The notes below the pieces were generated by a model. It saw only the letters and a list, made by a program, of their open reading frames with translations. It did not search any database and was not told the DNA's origin. A program made the position numbers and the translations under genes. Positions 1-11,530 of a stretch of DNA of 64,000 bases are shown here, piece by piece. This DNA is from Lama glama (Eukaryota). The stretch is taken from contig CM052817.1 in assembly GCA_028534125.1 (NCBI GenBank), positions 88,166,001 through 88,230,000 on the forward strand, read 5' to 3'. Every line of letters begins with the position of its first letter. The stretch's first letter is position 1.

Positions 1-863
1 ATTTGCTGCCTCACCTTGCACTAGTATGGTGATGGTGTCTTTCCTGAAACCACATGAGCCAATTCCTGATAGCTTAAACTTTTCTTCTGCAGCTTCTTCA
101 CCTCTTCCAGCCTTCAAAGAATTGAAGGGAATTAGGACCTTGCTCTGGAATAGAGTTTGGATTATGGGAATGTTGTGGCTGGTTTAATCAAACCAGACCA
201 CTAAAACTTTCTCTATCAGTAATAAGGCTGTTTGACTTTTGTATCATTCATCTGTTCACTGGAATAGCACTTTTAATTTCCTTCAATAACTTTTCCTTTG
301 CATTCACAATTTGGTTAACTGTTCAGAGCAAAAGATTGAGATTTTGGTCTATTTCAGTTTTAGACATACCTTCCTCACTAAGTTTAATTATTTTTAGCTT
401 TTTATTTAAAGTAAGAGGCGTGTGATTCTTCCTTTCACTTGAACACTCAGAGGCCATTGTAGGATTATTAATCAGTTTAATTTCAATATTGTTGTATCTC
501 AGGGAATAGGGAGACCCCAGAAGAGGGAGGGACAGGGGAGTGGTCCATGGAGTGATCAGAACACACACATTTATCAGTTAAGTTCACCATCTTTTACGGG
601 CACAGTTCATGTGCTTGAAAACAATTACAATAGTGACATCAAAGATCAGTGATCACAGATTATCATAACAAATATGATAATGAAAAAATTTAAATATTGC
701 AAAAATTACCAAAATGTGACACAGAGACACAAAGTAAGCAGATACTGTTGGAAAAAATGGTGCCAATAGACTTATCTCAAGGTTGCCTAAAAACTTCCGT
801 TGTAAAGAATGCAATATCTGGGAAGAACAATAAAGCCAAGCAGAATAAACTTAGGTATACCTG
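1..863 (-). mobile_element. Tigger1 (TcMar-Tigger) DNA transposon, 5' part with decayed transposase N-terminus; runs off the left edge
   Basis: Minus-strand translation from ATG at 457 gives MASECSSERKNHTPLTLNKKLKIIKLSEEGMSK, matching the Tigger1 transposase start. Terminal sequence AGGTATACCTG at ~853-863 resembles the Tigger1 TIR. Stops occur downstream. Confidence 0.9.
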
Positions 864-1260
864 TGTATACCATGGAATATAGGCATAAAACTATTGAATA
901 AAAGCACTTTAGGAAATTTAATGTTTTGTTTTGTTTTGTTTTTACCTTTGTTTATCTTAGTTATGTTTTACTTCAGTTAACTAATACTAACCTTTTCTGC
1001 TATACATAGTCTACAATGTATTTTATGATCTTTTAAAATCACTAAGCAGTTTTTAAGCACCTATAAATAGAACTCTGCTCTGTTTAACCTCATAGAACGT
1101 TCTCTTTGAACATAGGAAGTTACCTTATTAAGAGTGTGCTTGCTGGTTTATATACTGAGTAGACTATGCTGAAACTCCGTAAATAAAATATGAGAAAAAT
1201 ATATTTAGAGCTAAAATTCTAAGACAAATTGGTATTCTGATTTATTGCCTGTATATTACA

Positions 1261-1413
1261 TTTTATTTTATTTATTTTACTATTTTATGTTTTGGGGGGG
1301 TAATTCAGTTTGTTTGTTTGTTTATTTGTTTATTAATAGAGGTATTGGGGATTGAACCCAAGACTTCGTGAATGCAAAGCATGCAGTCTACCACTGAGCT
1401 GCACCCTCCCCCC
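1261..1413 (-). mobile_element. Camelid tRNA-derived SINE (Vic-1-like)
   Basis: Minus strand reads GGGGAGGGTGCAGCTCAGTGGTAGACTGCATGCTTTGC...GGGTTCAATCCCCAATACCTC, then an (AAAC/AAAT)-rich tail. Pol III A box at 1391-1401 and B box GGTTCAATCC at 1349-1358. Confidence 0.85.
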
Positions 1414-1515
1414 TAAATTTTAGTATTAACTCTACAATTTAGATTGAAACAACAGTACAGAATAAAAATATTTTGAATTAAAAAACGCATGTCTTTAGAT
1501 GTTATAAAGAAAATT

Positions 1516-2631
1516 ATATATATATATATTTACAATATTGTATCAATTTCTGGTGTACAGCATAATGCTTCAGTCATACATGAACATACATACATTTGTT
1601 TTCATATTCTTATTCACCATAAGTTACTATAAGATATTGAATATAGTTCCCTGTGCTATACAGTATAAATTCTTTATTTATCCTTTTTATATATAGTAGT
1701 TAGTATCTGCAAATCTCAAACTCTCAGTTTATCCTTTCCCACCCTCCTTCCCCTGCTAGTATATTTGTATTCTATGTCTTTGAGTCTGTTTCTCTTTTAT
1801 AAAAAAGTCTGTTTGTCTTTCTTTTTTTTAAGTCCACATATAAGTGGTATTATATGGTATTTTTTCTTTCTCTTTCTGGCTTACTTCACTTAGAATAACA
1901 TTCTCCAGGTCCATCCATGTTGCTGCAAATGACGTTATTTCATTAATTTTTACAGCTGAGTAGTATGCCATTGTATAAATACACCACAGCTTCTTTATCC
2001 AGTCATCTGTCAGTGGGCATTTAGGTTGTTTCCATGTCTTGACTATTGTAAATAGTACTGCTATGAACATTTGGGTGCATGTATCTTTTTGAATTAAGGT
2101 TCTTCCTGAATATATGCCCAGAAGTGGGATTGCTACATCATATGGTAAGTCTATTTTCCGTCTTTGAGAAATCTCCATACTGTTTCTCATAATGGCTGCA
2201 CCAAACTACATTCTCATCAGTAATGTAGGAGGGTTTCCTTTTCTCCACACCCTCTCCAGCATTTATCGTTTATGGACTTTTGAATGATATGAGATAATAC
2301 CTCATTGTAGTTTTGATCTGCATTTCTCTGATAATTAGTGATATTGAGCATTTTTTCATGTGCCTGTTGGCCATTTGTATGTCTTCATTGGAGAATTGCT
2401 TGTTTGGGTGTTCTGCCCGTTACTGGATTGGATTGTTTGGTTTTTTTGTTGTTAAGTTGTATGTGCTGTTTATATATTCTGGAAATTAAGCCCTTGTTAG
2501 TCTCCTCTTCTGCAAATATTTTCTCACATTCTGAAGGTTGTCTTTTTGTTTTGTTGATGGTATCCTTAACTGTGCAAAAGCTTTTAATTTTAATTAGACC
2601 TCATTTGTTTATCTTTGCTTTTATTTCTGTT
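1516..2631 (-). mobile_element. 5'-truncated L1 (ORF2 C-terminus + 3' UTR), camelid/artiodactyl type
   Basis: ORF 1828-2190 matches the L1 ORF2 C-terminus (LPYDVAIPLLGIY...KTWKQPKCP...FAATWMDLENVILSEVSQ). Probable TSD AAGAAAATT at 1507-1515 and 2632-2640. Confidence 0.92.
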
Positions 2632-3014
2632 AAGAAAATTGTAGATAGATAGAAAGTAGGAATAAATTATCCCAAGCTGTCTTTAAAATCAGGTGTATGT
2701 AGTTACACTATGTTAGATTAAAAAAACAGATGAAGTTTAGGTGAAATTTTGCAAATGTAAAAATTTTTATAATACATTTCCTAAATAACATAATTTAAAA
2801 ATTAAAATACACTATCTGTTGAATAAAAAAGAAAATAGACAGCACTTTAATAAGTGAAAGTGAATTTTGAATCTCAATTAGAAAGTATTTTGGTACACTT
2901 AAAATTACAATTTTGAAGAGCTAAAGCAATTGAAATAGAAATTTTCTATACCTTAAACAATAATTTTCTTTTAAAATCTCTACCTGGCATGATAGTGGAT
3001 GTTAATATTATTTT

Positions 3015-3150
3015 GTTCATTCACTACTTATTGCAATAACTAATTATAGAGTCCCTCCTATGTTCCAGGTAATGTTCTGAGGTCTGGGGATAAAGCAGTG
3101 GTGATAAAATAATCTCCCTAAGCTCTGGAGCTGACATTCTGGTGGATTCA
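3015..3150 (-). mobile_element. L2 3' end fragment
   Basis: ttcattcact...cctatgttccaggtaatgttctgaggtctggggataaagcagtg...ctggagctgacattctggtgg is typical antisense L2 3' end sequence. Confidence 0.65.
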
Positions 3151-3439
3151 CATATATCAGTGACTCTTCAACACATTTATTTTTCTATCTGTATACGCAA
3201 AAGCAAGTGCAAGTAATTGTCAGATGGTATAGTAATCTTGACGTTGAATGAAGCAAATGTTGTTATGGATTTATTCTCTTATTGATATTGTCTACAACAC
3301 TTTGGCTTATAGATATCTATATACTCAACTCTCATATTGGAGACATCATCTCAGACACAGAATTGAGTGAAAATTTTCATCATGATGATATTAGAGCATT
3401 TATCTGATGTGTTAAGATTGCCCCCAAAGTCTCCATTTT

Positions 3440-3640
3440 TCATTGTGTGGAAATAAAATTGGCAATTCTATGGCATTTGAGTTAGCATTAGGTTTTTATA
3501 TTATGCATAGTGCGGTTATGAACTTTCTCAAATATCTTCTAGTGAATGTGTACAAGAGTTTCTCTTAGGTTTATATTTGAGTATGATGAATCATATGGAA
3601 TAGGAACGATCAATTCTATAGAGTACTGCCAAAATGTTTA
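3440..3640 (-). mobile_element. Ancient L1ME-like fragment
   Basis: Degenerate match to antisense L1 ORF2 3' region (gtgaatgtgtacaagagtttctcttagg...tactgccaaaatgttt). Confidence 0.4.
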
Positions 3641-3814
3641 ATCAAATTTTTATGAAGGTAAATTACAAAAGGTTGTAAAGTGTGAACAGATTATTAATAG
3701 AAGAGAATGAAATGGAAAAGAAAATCGTTTCAGAAGAGTACCCAGGTGTGAAGTGAACTTATAGTAAATATGTTTCAGGCAAATACCAACCATAACTGTC
3801 AAACCAACAATGGT

Positions 3815-4245
3815 GGTTTTTTTCTTTGTTTTTTTTTTATATGTAAATATTTTTATTGAAGTATAGTCAGTTTACAATGTGTCAATTTCTGGTGTGCAGC
3901 GAAATGCTTCAGTCATACGTGAACATACATATATTCCTTTTCATAATCTTTTTCATCATAAGTTACTACAAGATATTAAATATAGTCCCCTATATATTTA
4001 TGCAGTATAAACTTGTTGTTTATCTATTTTACATATATTATTATCTGCAAATCTCAAACTCCTAGTTTATCCCTTCCTGCCTCCTTCCCCCATGGTAATC
4101 ATAAGTTTGTTTTCTATGTCTGTGAGTCTGTTTCTGTTTTGTAAATATGTCTGTCTATTTTTTAGATTCCATGTATAAGTGATATCATAAAGTATTTTTC
4201 TTTTTGGCTTACTTCACTTAGAATGACAATCTCCAGGTCCATCTG
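3815..4245 (-). mobile_element. Short L1 3' end, same family as 1516-2631
   Basis: Poly-T, then ttgaagtatagtcagtttacaatgtgtcaatttctggtgtgcagc..., closely paralleling 1530-1915. Confidence 0.88.
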
Positions 4246-5314
4246 ACAATGTTTTATTCCTTACGTCTTTCTCTGTCTTCCCCAATGCTGAAAATTAGAT
4301 CTTGCTCTACCACCCCACCATTGTGACAGAGATTTAGAAGAGATGTCATTAGTTTTACTATACATTAAAAAATATGTACACATGTGTATGTGTGTATATA
4401 TATGTACCTATATAACAATCTCATCCTAGTAAAATGAGTAGTCTAAGACATGGTTTAACAATAATTTAAATCCTGAAGTTTGTCATTTGTATTCTTCAAA
4501 AAGTAAAAGTAAGAAAAGAATAGTTTAAAGATAATGAAAAACTATGATACATTTTGTTAGAAAAGTCTGAGTATTATAATTTAAAATATAAATCAAAAAT
4601 AACATTATTAGGTATTACTTCTATTAATTAGCAAAATACCATATTAATTTGAAATAGAAACAGGTTACCTGGCAAACAAAAGTTAGGAAAGTAACCATTT
4701 TCTGAATCTACTACAGGAATTGTAATGTATTTTGAGGCATTTATACATTATCAGGAAGCTTAGATTAGGTAATAAAGACAATTATGGTTGATAATATGCT
4801 ACTTAAATAGATGGTTAATAATTTGTAAACTTATAACATTTTATTAACAGTGTTGTAACAGTAACAAATTTTAATAAATCATTACAATTATTTATTAATA
4901 CATAATCTATGGAACATTATTTTATATCATTTCTGTTGCTCAAATTCTGCTGACAATAGCCTCTTCATTGATGTTACAAAAAAAAAAATTGGTTATAAAG
5001 CACAAGGCTAGTTGTATTTTAAGAACAACTTTCCAAGAGCCATTTTCCATTATAAAACTCAAATAAACCATAAAGAACACAAAACAAACAAAAATAACCA
5101 GTACCTAAAGCCCTAATTTCAACTGATGAATTCAAAAATAAATTCTGACCTGTAAATCAAAAATCTAATTACAAGAATTGATACTAACATCATTGTGCAG
5201 GAAAAAAAAAATCAGAGTTCTGTTCCAAAGCGACTATAAAAGTGATCTTTGACAATGATTTATTTCTATATTTTAAGTGGGCATGCTTTAAGATTTTGAA
5301 TTTAAGTTATGTTG

Positions 5315-5850
5315 CTGTATCAGCCAGGAAACAGAATACATGGTAAATATTTAAACAGAAGGTATTTCATTTGACATAGGCTAGGTAACTGTTACAGTAC
5401 TGACACCAGACCAAAAACACAGAGTGACACCATGGGAATTGCAGGGAGCAGCTATGAGCCCGAAGTTTGGAGATATAAGGGGGAAAGGTTGAGTTCATCA
5501 GGTTTTAGCGGGGTGGGGGAAACAGCTTTCAGAACTGGAGCTCAGGCTGCTGCTGGCTCTTTTGAGGAAGTGCAGTAAGGCTTGTTCTAGTAATGCTAAG
5601 AGAAGCCAGAGGCTAGGACCGCCAAATTGCTGAAGAGATTTCTTGTGGGACCAACAGCAAAAAAATAATAATGTCTCCTGTTCTCCTTCCACCTTTCAGT
5701 CACTCTCTAAATCCCGTGTCATCACAGTCTAACCAGAAGTCAGCTGTCAGCCTAGACACGTAGTTTGCAGAATCTCAGTCTCAGCATTTACCGAGCAGAG
5801 CATAGAAAAATGGAATTGTGATTTAGAAGCAATAGTTTTATAAACCATAA
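5315..5850 (-). mobile_element. Old ERVL-class solo LTR (LTR33-like)
   Basis: tgtatcagccaggaaacagaa... at the start and ...gtagtttgcagaatctcag...gagcagagcatagaaaaatgg at the end resemble recalled LTR33-group consensus. Confidence 0.55.
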
Positions 5851-6084
5851 TTTCATATTGGTTTCTATTGTATTATATTCTCACAGTTTATTTTCATCCA
5901 TATAAGGAAAAGTTTATTGCTTTTTAAGGTTTGACCCTGAAAGGTATTTGAATATTTGACTCCTTCAGTCAAGTTTCTCTTTTCATTCTCATCGCTTGTC
6001 AATCTCTCTCTTCTTTCTTCTGCCCAGTCACATACTTTCACTATTTTCCTGGCAGATTAAGTTCTAGAATATGTCATTCTGTTT

Positions 6085-6360
6085 CTCACATTTGCACATC
6101 CTGCTTGGTCTGCATGGGATTCTCCTCCCTCTTCTGCAGCTGGTAAACTCCCCTATGTCCTTCAGGACACAGCTAAGATGTCACTATCCTTGACTTTGAG
6201 AAACAGTTGCCCCTCTTATTGACTATGATGACATCATCTTCTTACCTCTACTGTAGAATATGAAACACAGGACTGCAGCTGACCCGTTTTTTAGCCCTCT
6301 CTTTCAATAGACCATAAGCTACTTGAGTGAAGTGACCACCTTCTGTTCATCCTAATTCTG
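6085..6360 (+). mobile_element. L2 3' fragment
   Basis: tttgcacatcctgcttggtctgcatgggattctc...agaccataagctacttgag...ttctgttcatc follows the L2 3' consensus. Confidence 0.5.
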
Positions 6361-8226
6361 TAAAATATAATATATTCAATATATATGTATTTGATTTTGA
6401 ATCAGGATATCATATGCACACCATAAGGGCTAATACGGTTGCTGTGTTTGAACACCGAATTTGTTCATAAATTTTATGGAAGGGATGGGGAAAAAAAGCA
6501 GCAAGATAAATTGAAGCTAGGCTCTTATGTTTACTGGGAAAGGTGAGAAGAATACCAATAAATAAAAAGGCTTGAAAAATGCATTAAATATCAACGAGCA
6601 AGCTTATCTGAGTGCAAAAGAATGCAGGAGCAAAAACAGTATCATAACTAAAATATATTATCGATGTCTATTTTTTCCTGTTTCTTAGAACATAGCTATC
6701 AATTGGAAGCAATAAGAAGAACATAACACACAGGGGAATCAACCAAGTGATCTCATAAGAGGAAATTACTAGCCAATGGTAGAGCATATTCTTTTGATAT
6801 CTGAAAAAAAGGCAATTGGTTTTGCACTTAGTTAAAAAAAAGAAATAGTAGAGGAATAAGATAGTAGGAGAATAAAAGAGCATGAGAAAGAAAAACTGAG
6901 TCAAAAGGAATAATAAACATTAGAAACAGTGAATGAAATAGCAAAAGAGAGAAAAGAAGAGGATGATCTGGCATGTTTCAGATGGGCCACAATCTGTCAG
7001 AATGCCAACTGGTGTGCTAAGTCCTTTTAGATGAGACCCCGAGAAGATCTGGAGCATCTGAAACAAATAAGCTGTATCTGATTCTATATAAATTCAACTT
7101 TAGCCAGATTGCCTTTTTAGGCAATATTATCTGTTAGAGTACAACTATTTCTTAAACCATTTCACTTCTCTTTTGCAAATGTTATATGAAATTTAAACTG
7201 CTAATATTTTTAATCTTGATTTACAACCTTCATTCCTCATGCATAATGATAGGCTTTATAATTGAGGGAATACGCCATTTTATTGACATGTCAGGCCATT
7301 AGAAAAGCTCATTTTTGCTACTCTAACAAAGAGAAAGAGAAGTAAAATTTTGCATCTGAAGAAGACTTTTAAGAACTAGGATGATAGGCAGCTTGTATTC
7401 CTTGGAGACTAAATCAGGATTGTTAGAGATAAAAACATTCTCAGGAACCTTGACCCTCTTTTTCTCTCTCTCACCTCTAATCCCAAACTGGCTATTTCAC
7501 TTTCAAATACCTTGAGGCTAATTATTTCCTGATTGATCTTCTTAAATGAGCTTTTCACTGCCTCATCTAGTGGCTGTGTGCCCCTCCCTAAATCTTTTGT
7601 CCAACTTGCTTATATAAAGATATATCCCCCAGAGGTGACTTTAGTTTTCTGTTAAATAGGTCAGCCTGAAACAGAATTGAGACCAAGATCTCAAAACTTT
7701 TATGGAATTAAAATCTGATGTTATATCTATGTTACTATGGTGTGTGTTTCAGAGAACGAGAATGGGATATGAATATGGATTCCTGTAACAGCAGAGCCAA
7801 ACTATCTGGGGAGTTAGTCTTGACAACAAATAGGTTGCTCAGCTTACCAGTTTTGGAAGTGAACACATTTGCAATGGGATTTCTATACTAGTCACTAAAT
7901 AAATGCAGTGACCTTCAATGACATAATGTACGTTTGCCTTTCTTGCACTTCAACTATGGAAATTCTATCATTCATATTTCAGGACTGAGTTCAGAGAAAA
8001 CATTTGTAAGATTTCACTTTCTGCCGAATTCTATTAAGCTTTTGCCTAACTACTCTCAGTTAAATGTGGAAACTTTATTTTTAATTGTTGTTTGACCATA
8101 TATAGAACATTGGACAACCATACATGGTTTTCCAGACAAATACTACTTAAACTACATTATAGAGATGCATTTCTCTTAAAAGCTAGATAAAGAGAAGTAT
8201 TTGCTCTTGGCCCCATGTATAGACAT

Positions 8227-9190
8227 CAGGCTGGCTTTCTAGGTGTGTGATCAGTGCAGTTGCACAGGGCCCCACACTCAAAAGGCCTTCCATGCTTTGG
8301 ATTAAATGCTCTCTGTTCACTATCTTGAAACTCATAATAATTTTACCTTTGAACTTGATCTCTAAGTGAATTCCAATGGGATAATAAACATACCCCAGGA
8401 CTTGGTCACTTGGTTCATCATAGTCCCACTCATCTTCCAACTCCTCCTTTAGTCTTCCCAGTATGCGTTCTTGACAGCTTTTTTTTCCCACCTCTTGGTG
8501 TCCCAGGATCTGCTTGGTCCCCCACTATCTGTCTCTGTCCCAAGACTTCTACTACTGTCTACCCCTGATTTGTTCCTGTAGGCAAGGGGTTGGGTAGAGG
8601 AAGCCCATGTTCTGCTATTGCCTCCTATCCCACTCTGGGAATTGGGTACAGACATTGGGAGGGGAGAAATCAGACCTACATACTCCGTGGTATCTCAGAA
8701 AGGAGGTGGTTGCCATCTGCCCCCTGGGCTGGCAGTGTCATAGACTGTTTGATAAGCAGCTTTGAGCTTCTCACTTACCCCTGGTCTGGGTGTTAACAGG
8801 GCAGTTCCTGGCGTGAAGGTTGCAATCACTTGGTGGTCACCCTTGCACTGAGGATTAAGGTGATGGTTCATTGGAAGGGGAAATTGATTTCATAATCCAA
8901 GTAGGACACAATGCTTCAGCCCAGCAGATGGCAGGAGGAGGAACCTGGCAGCTGGTGGGTCACCTGCATGCCTGGGTAAAAATTCCTGTGACTAAAGGGG
9001 CATAGCATTAAATGTTGAATAAAAAATACTGACAAATGCTACAGATAGACACTGGATGCCGTATTGTTAATGATCAAATGCAGTAGAAATCTGAATTCTA
9101 TGTAAAACGCATATGTTACAAAATGCAAACATGGTATTACAATACTATTAATATCAGATTCATACTGTCTTGTAGAAATTTCAAAGTCAG
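8227..9190 (+). mobile_element. hAT-Tip100 DNA transposon derivative (MER45/Zaphod-like)
   Basis: caggctggctttctaggtgtgtgatcagtgcagttgcacagggccccacactcaaaagg...ttaaatgctct...tcttgaaactcataataatttt matches the recalled MER45 5' end. Internal GC-richer part ends at the following LTR. Confidence 0.65.
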
Positions 9191-9194
9191 TGTC

Positions 9195-9883
9195 CAGAAC
9201 CGTTAAGATTTGAACAAGAAAGTGGAACCAGTATGAGTGATATGTGATCTTCAAACATACAAAATATGTATGAATTATACACACTTCATACATAATTACA
9301 TAAATTATTGTAAAGATTGGGCTTTACACAGTTGTGGGAGCTGGTAATGAAGTCTATAAAGGGCTGTTCCCTCTGCGTATGTTGGTGAGCATGAAGGCCC
9401 TGTAGGTCAGCAGAGTTCGTAGTTACTAAGAAAAGTTGGATGTGAAGCAATGGGGAGTGAGGATAAATTAGAACTCACAAGGACAATCTGAAACCTGCAA
9501 GGATGAACTGAAACCACTGTACCCAATTATCAGTGATATGGTTAACCTATAGAAGAAGCCAGAATCCTTTGCTACAGGGCTACACCAGTTCCCAACTTAG
9601 AGACTGAGTTACTGCTAGAGATGAGGAATTGACTGTGGACCCACCTGTTGTCCCATATCACCAAGGTGAGCCAACACAAGTGGGAAAATGTGTTGAGTTA
9701 CAGTGATACTCAGCATGCCGTAACACTCTCACCTTGCAATAGCTGCTGCTTCACTTACAACTTTAAAATTTCACACAAACTTCTCTTGTGACCACCCTTT
9801 ATATGGAGCCACCAAAGGAAAAAATAAGTTTTTATAATTATAGTTACAACTTAGGTAAGTAAATAAGGCATAAAGTTACTATA
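9195..9883 (-). mobile_element. Old ERVL-class solo LTR (LTR41/LTR52-like) containing an APOA4-like segment
   Basis: gttaagatttgaacaagaaagtggaaccagtatgagtg...ttacacagttgtgggagctgg...ggatgaactgaaacc...tagttacaacttaggtaagt match recalled ERVL LTR termini and internal motifs. Confidence 0.6.
9540..9705 (+). pseudogene. Decayed apolipoprotein A-IV-like coding fragment embedded in the LTR
   Basis: Plus-strand translation NL*KKPESFATGLH (from 9544) vs APOA4 DLQKKLVPFATELH. After a deletion/frameshift, LWTHLLSHITKVSQHKWENV (from 9633) vs LRARLLPHANEVSQKIGDN(L/V). Confidence 0.65.
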
Positions 9884-10369
9884 GAGTACCGATTCTATAA
9901 CAAGTGTATCAGTGTTCTAGGATATTAGTAACTAGATAGATTTGATTAGAAAGATTTCTTTAAAAAAATTATGCCATGAATCTCATTTACTATGTCTTGT
10001 GAGGAAGATATGAGGAATTCTATTCCCTAAATGCAAAATTAGTGGAGAGGCTTCAAGTGGACTAGCCATTGAATTGATAGACACTTTTTTGGCTGGGTGG
10101 ATGCAGAGGAAGTGTATGACTCCCATGTTAGAAAAAGAACATGACTTAATCAACAGAGTAAAAGCTGGTGTCAGGGAAATAACTGTATTGCCTTCTGACA
10201 GCAGATCGAATACACATGAATCCTGGAGATCAGATGAAACAATCATAGTAGGAATGAAAAGAGATCCTATCTGAGATGGTTTCTTAGTTTAGGTTCCTGA
10301 GAAGAAAAATCTAAGATGAAGAATTTTGTTCAAGTGATTTATTAGTGGAGTGCTTTCAATGAAAGAGGG

Positions 10370-10505
10370 GGTTAATTAAGGCTCTATGCTGTGTAATAGA
10401 CTACCACAAAGTGAGCTGATTGAAACAACACTTACCTGTGACTGCAGTTTCTGTAAGTCAGAAGTCTGAGCATAGCTTATTTGAGGTCTCTGTTCAAGGT
10501 CTCCA
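10370..10505 (-). mobile_element. MaLR MLT1-type LTR fragment
   Basis: ctatgctgtgtaatagactaccacaaag...ttgaaacaacac...cagtttctgtaagtcagaagtctgagcatagctta is a typical antisense MLT1 3' end. Confidence 0.65.
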
Positions 10506-11020
10506 GCTGAAACCACATCCTGAAGGATGGTGTCCCATCTTTACAAAGTCTCATCTCTAAGCTGGTAAATCAGCTGTACCTTTAAGAAGCCATTCCCTCC
10601 CACCAAATGTCTAGCAGCTTGTGAATGGTGTGCTATGTGGTAGGGCCAGTTAATTAAATGTTCTGTAAGCACTGCTGTGTTTCCTCAGCTGTAAATTTGT
10701 CCCTTTAGGCCAAGGAGATATCGTTCAAGATCTTGTAAGACTCTCGTGAATACACACAATGACATAGTTTGGGAAGGAAAGGCAAACCCATGCCCGCCCC
10801 AGTCAGAAGGAAAATTTGCCAGTTCCAGGGCTGCAGGTGACTGATACTACGATTTTCTATCAAGTGGTTGGCTGATCTCTGCGTAAGTTGGTTTCAGGGT
10901 CAGCATTAGTCTCCATTGCTTTAGGACACAAACTCAGGAGTGGCAGTCACCAAATCCATCTTGAGCAACCTGATGCTGTTGAGCCCATGCATAGCTTCCA
11001 TTACTGCCACCGCAATAAAT
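10505..11020 (-). mobile_element. ERVL/MaLR internal segment, integrase relic
   Basis: Minus translation gives GGSNGSYAWAQQH (zinc-finger region) and INWPYHIAHHSQAARHLVGGNGFLKVQLIYQLRDETL*RWDTILQDVV, vs ERVL IN IHWSYHVPHHPEAAGLIERWNGLLKSQLQRQLGDNTLQGWGKVLQKAV. Confidence 0.8.
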
Positions 11021-11289
11021 TCACCCTCCCTCGAGAACAAAGGAAAAGTCTACAACAATCCAGCAGTTAGAGGCCATGGAATATACTAAAAGGGACAGAA
11101 ATTTAGGTAGAATTGGAACTGGCCAGCTAAAAAAAGTAGTGTTGCTTTTGTCTAGAAAGTTATTTATGGAGAGGCCCCACAAGAAGGCCTCTGAAGAATC
11201 TACATGCATTATCTAAAGTGTAATCTAAATAAGTTTCTTGTTGAGAAGGAGGCAAAGACATCCTTCAGTGGAGCTAAATTATTCCCTTC

Positions 11290-11530
11290 CTTCCCTATGT
11301 TTCAACTCGAGAGATATCAGGAAATGTAAGTGAAAAAGAGAAGCTGTTAATTTGCATTCAGGCTAGGAGTTTGGACTATCAGTTCTGAAACATTTTGCTT
11401 ACTAAATTGAGACTATATTTGTAATTCAAATTGACTGTAGGTCTCGGAATTGCTTACGAGTGACCAGAAAAGACATGAGCATGTGGGAGATTTTATTCGC
11501 TGTCAGGGGGAGAACTACCAACTACGTCCC
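11290..11530 (+). mobile_element. Possible ancient Gypsy-like LTR fragment (MamGypLTR-like)
   Basis: actaaattgagactatatttgtaattcaaattgactgtagg...gagtgaccagaaaagacatg resembles a recalled consensus; weak. Confidence 0.3.

Noticed and set aside
1340..1410. tRNA-like sequence
   Set aside because: Followed by an A-rich SINE tail and lacks a proper acceptor stem; it is a SINE head, not a tRNA gene.
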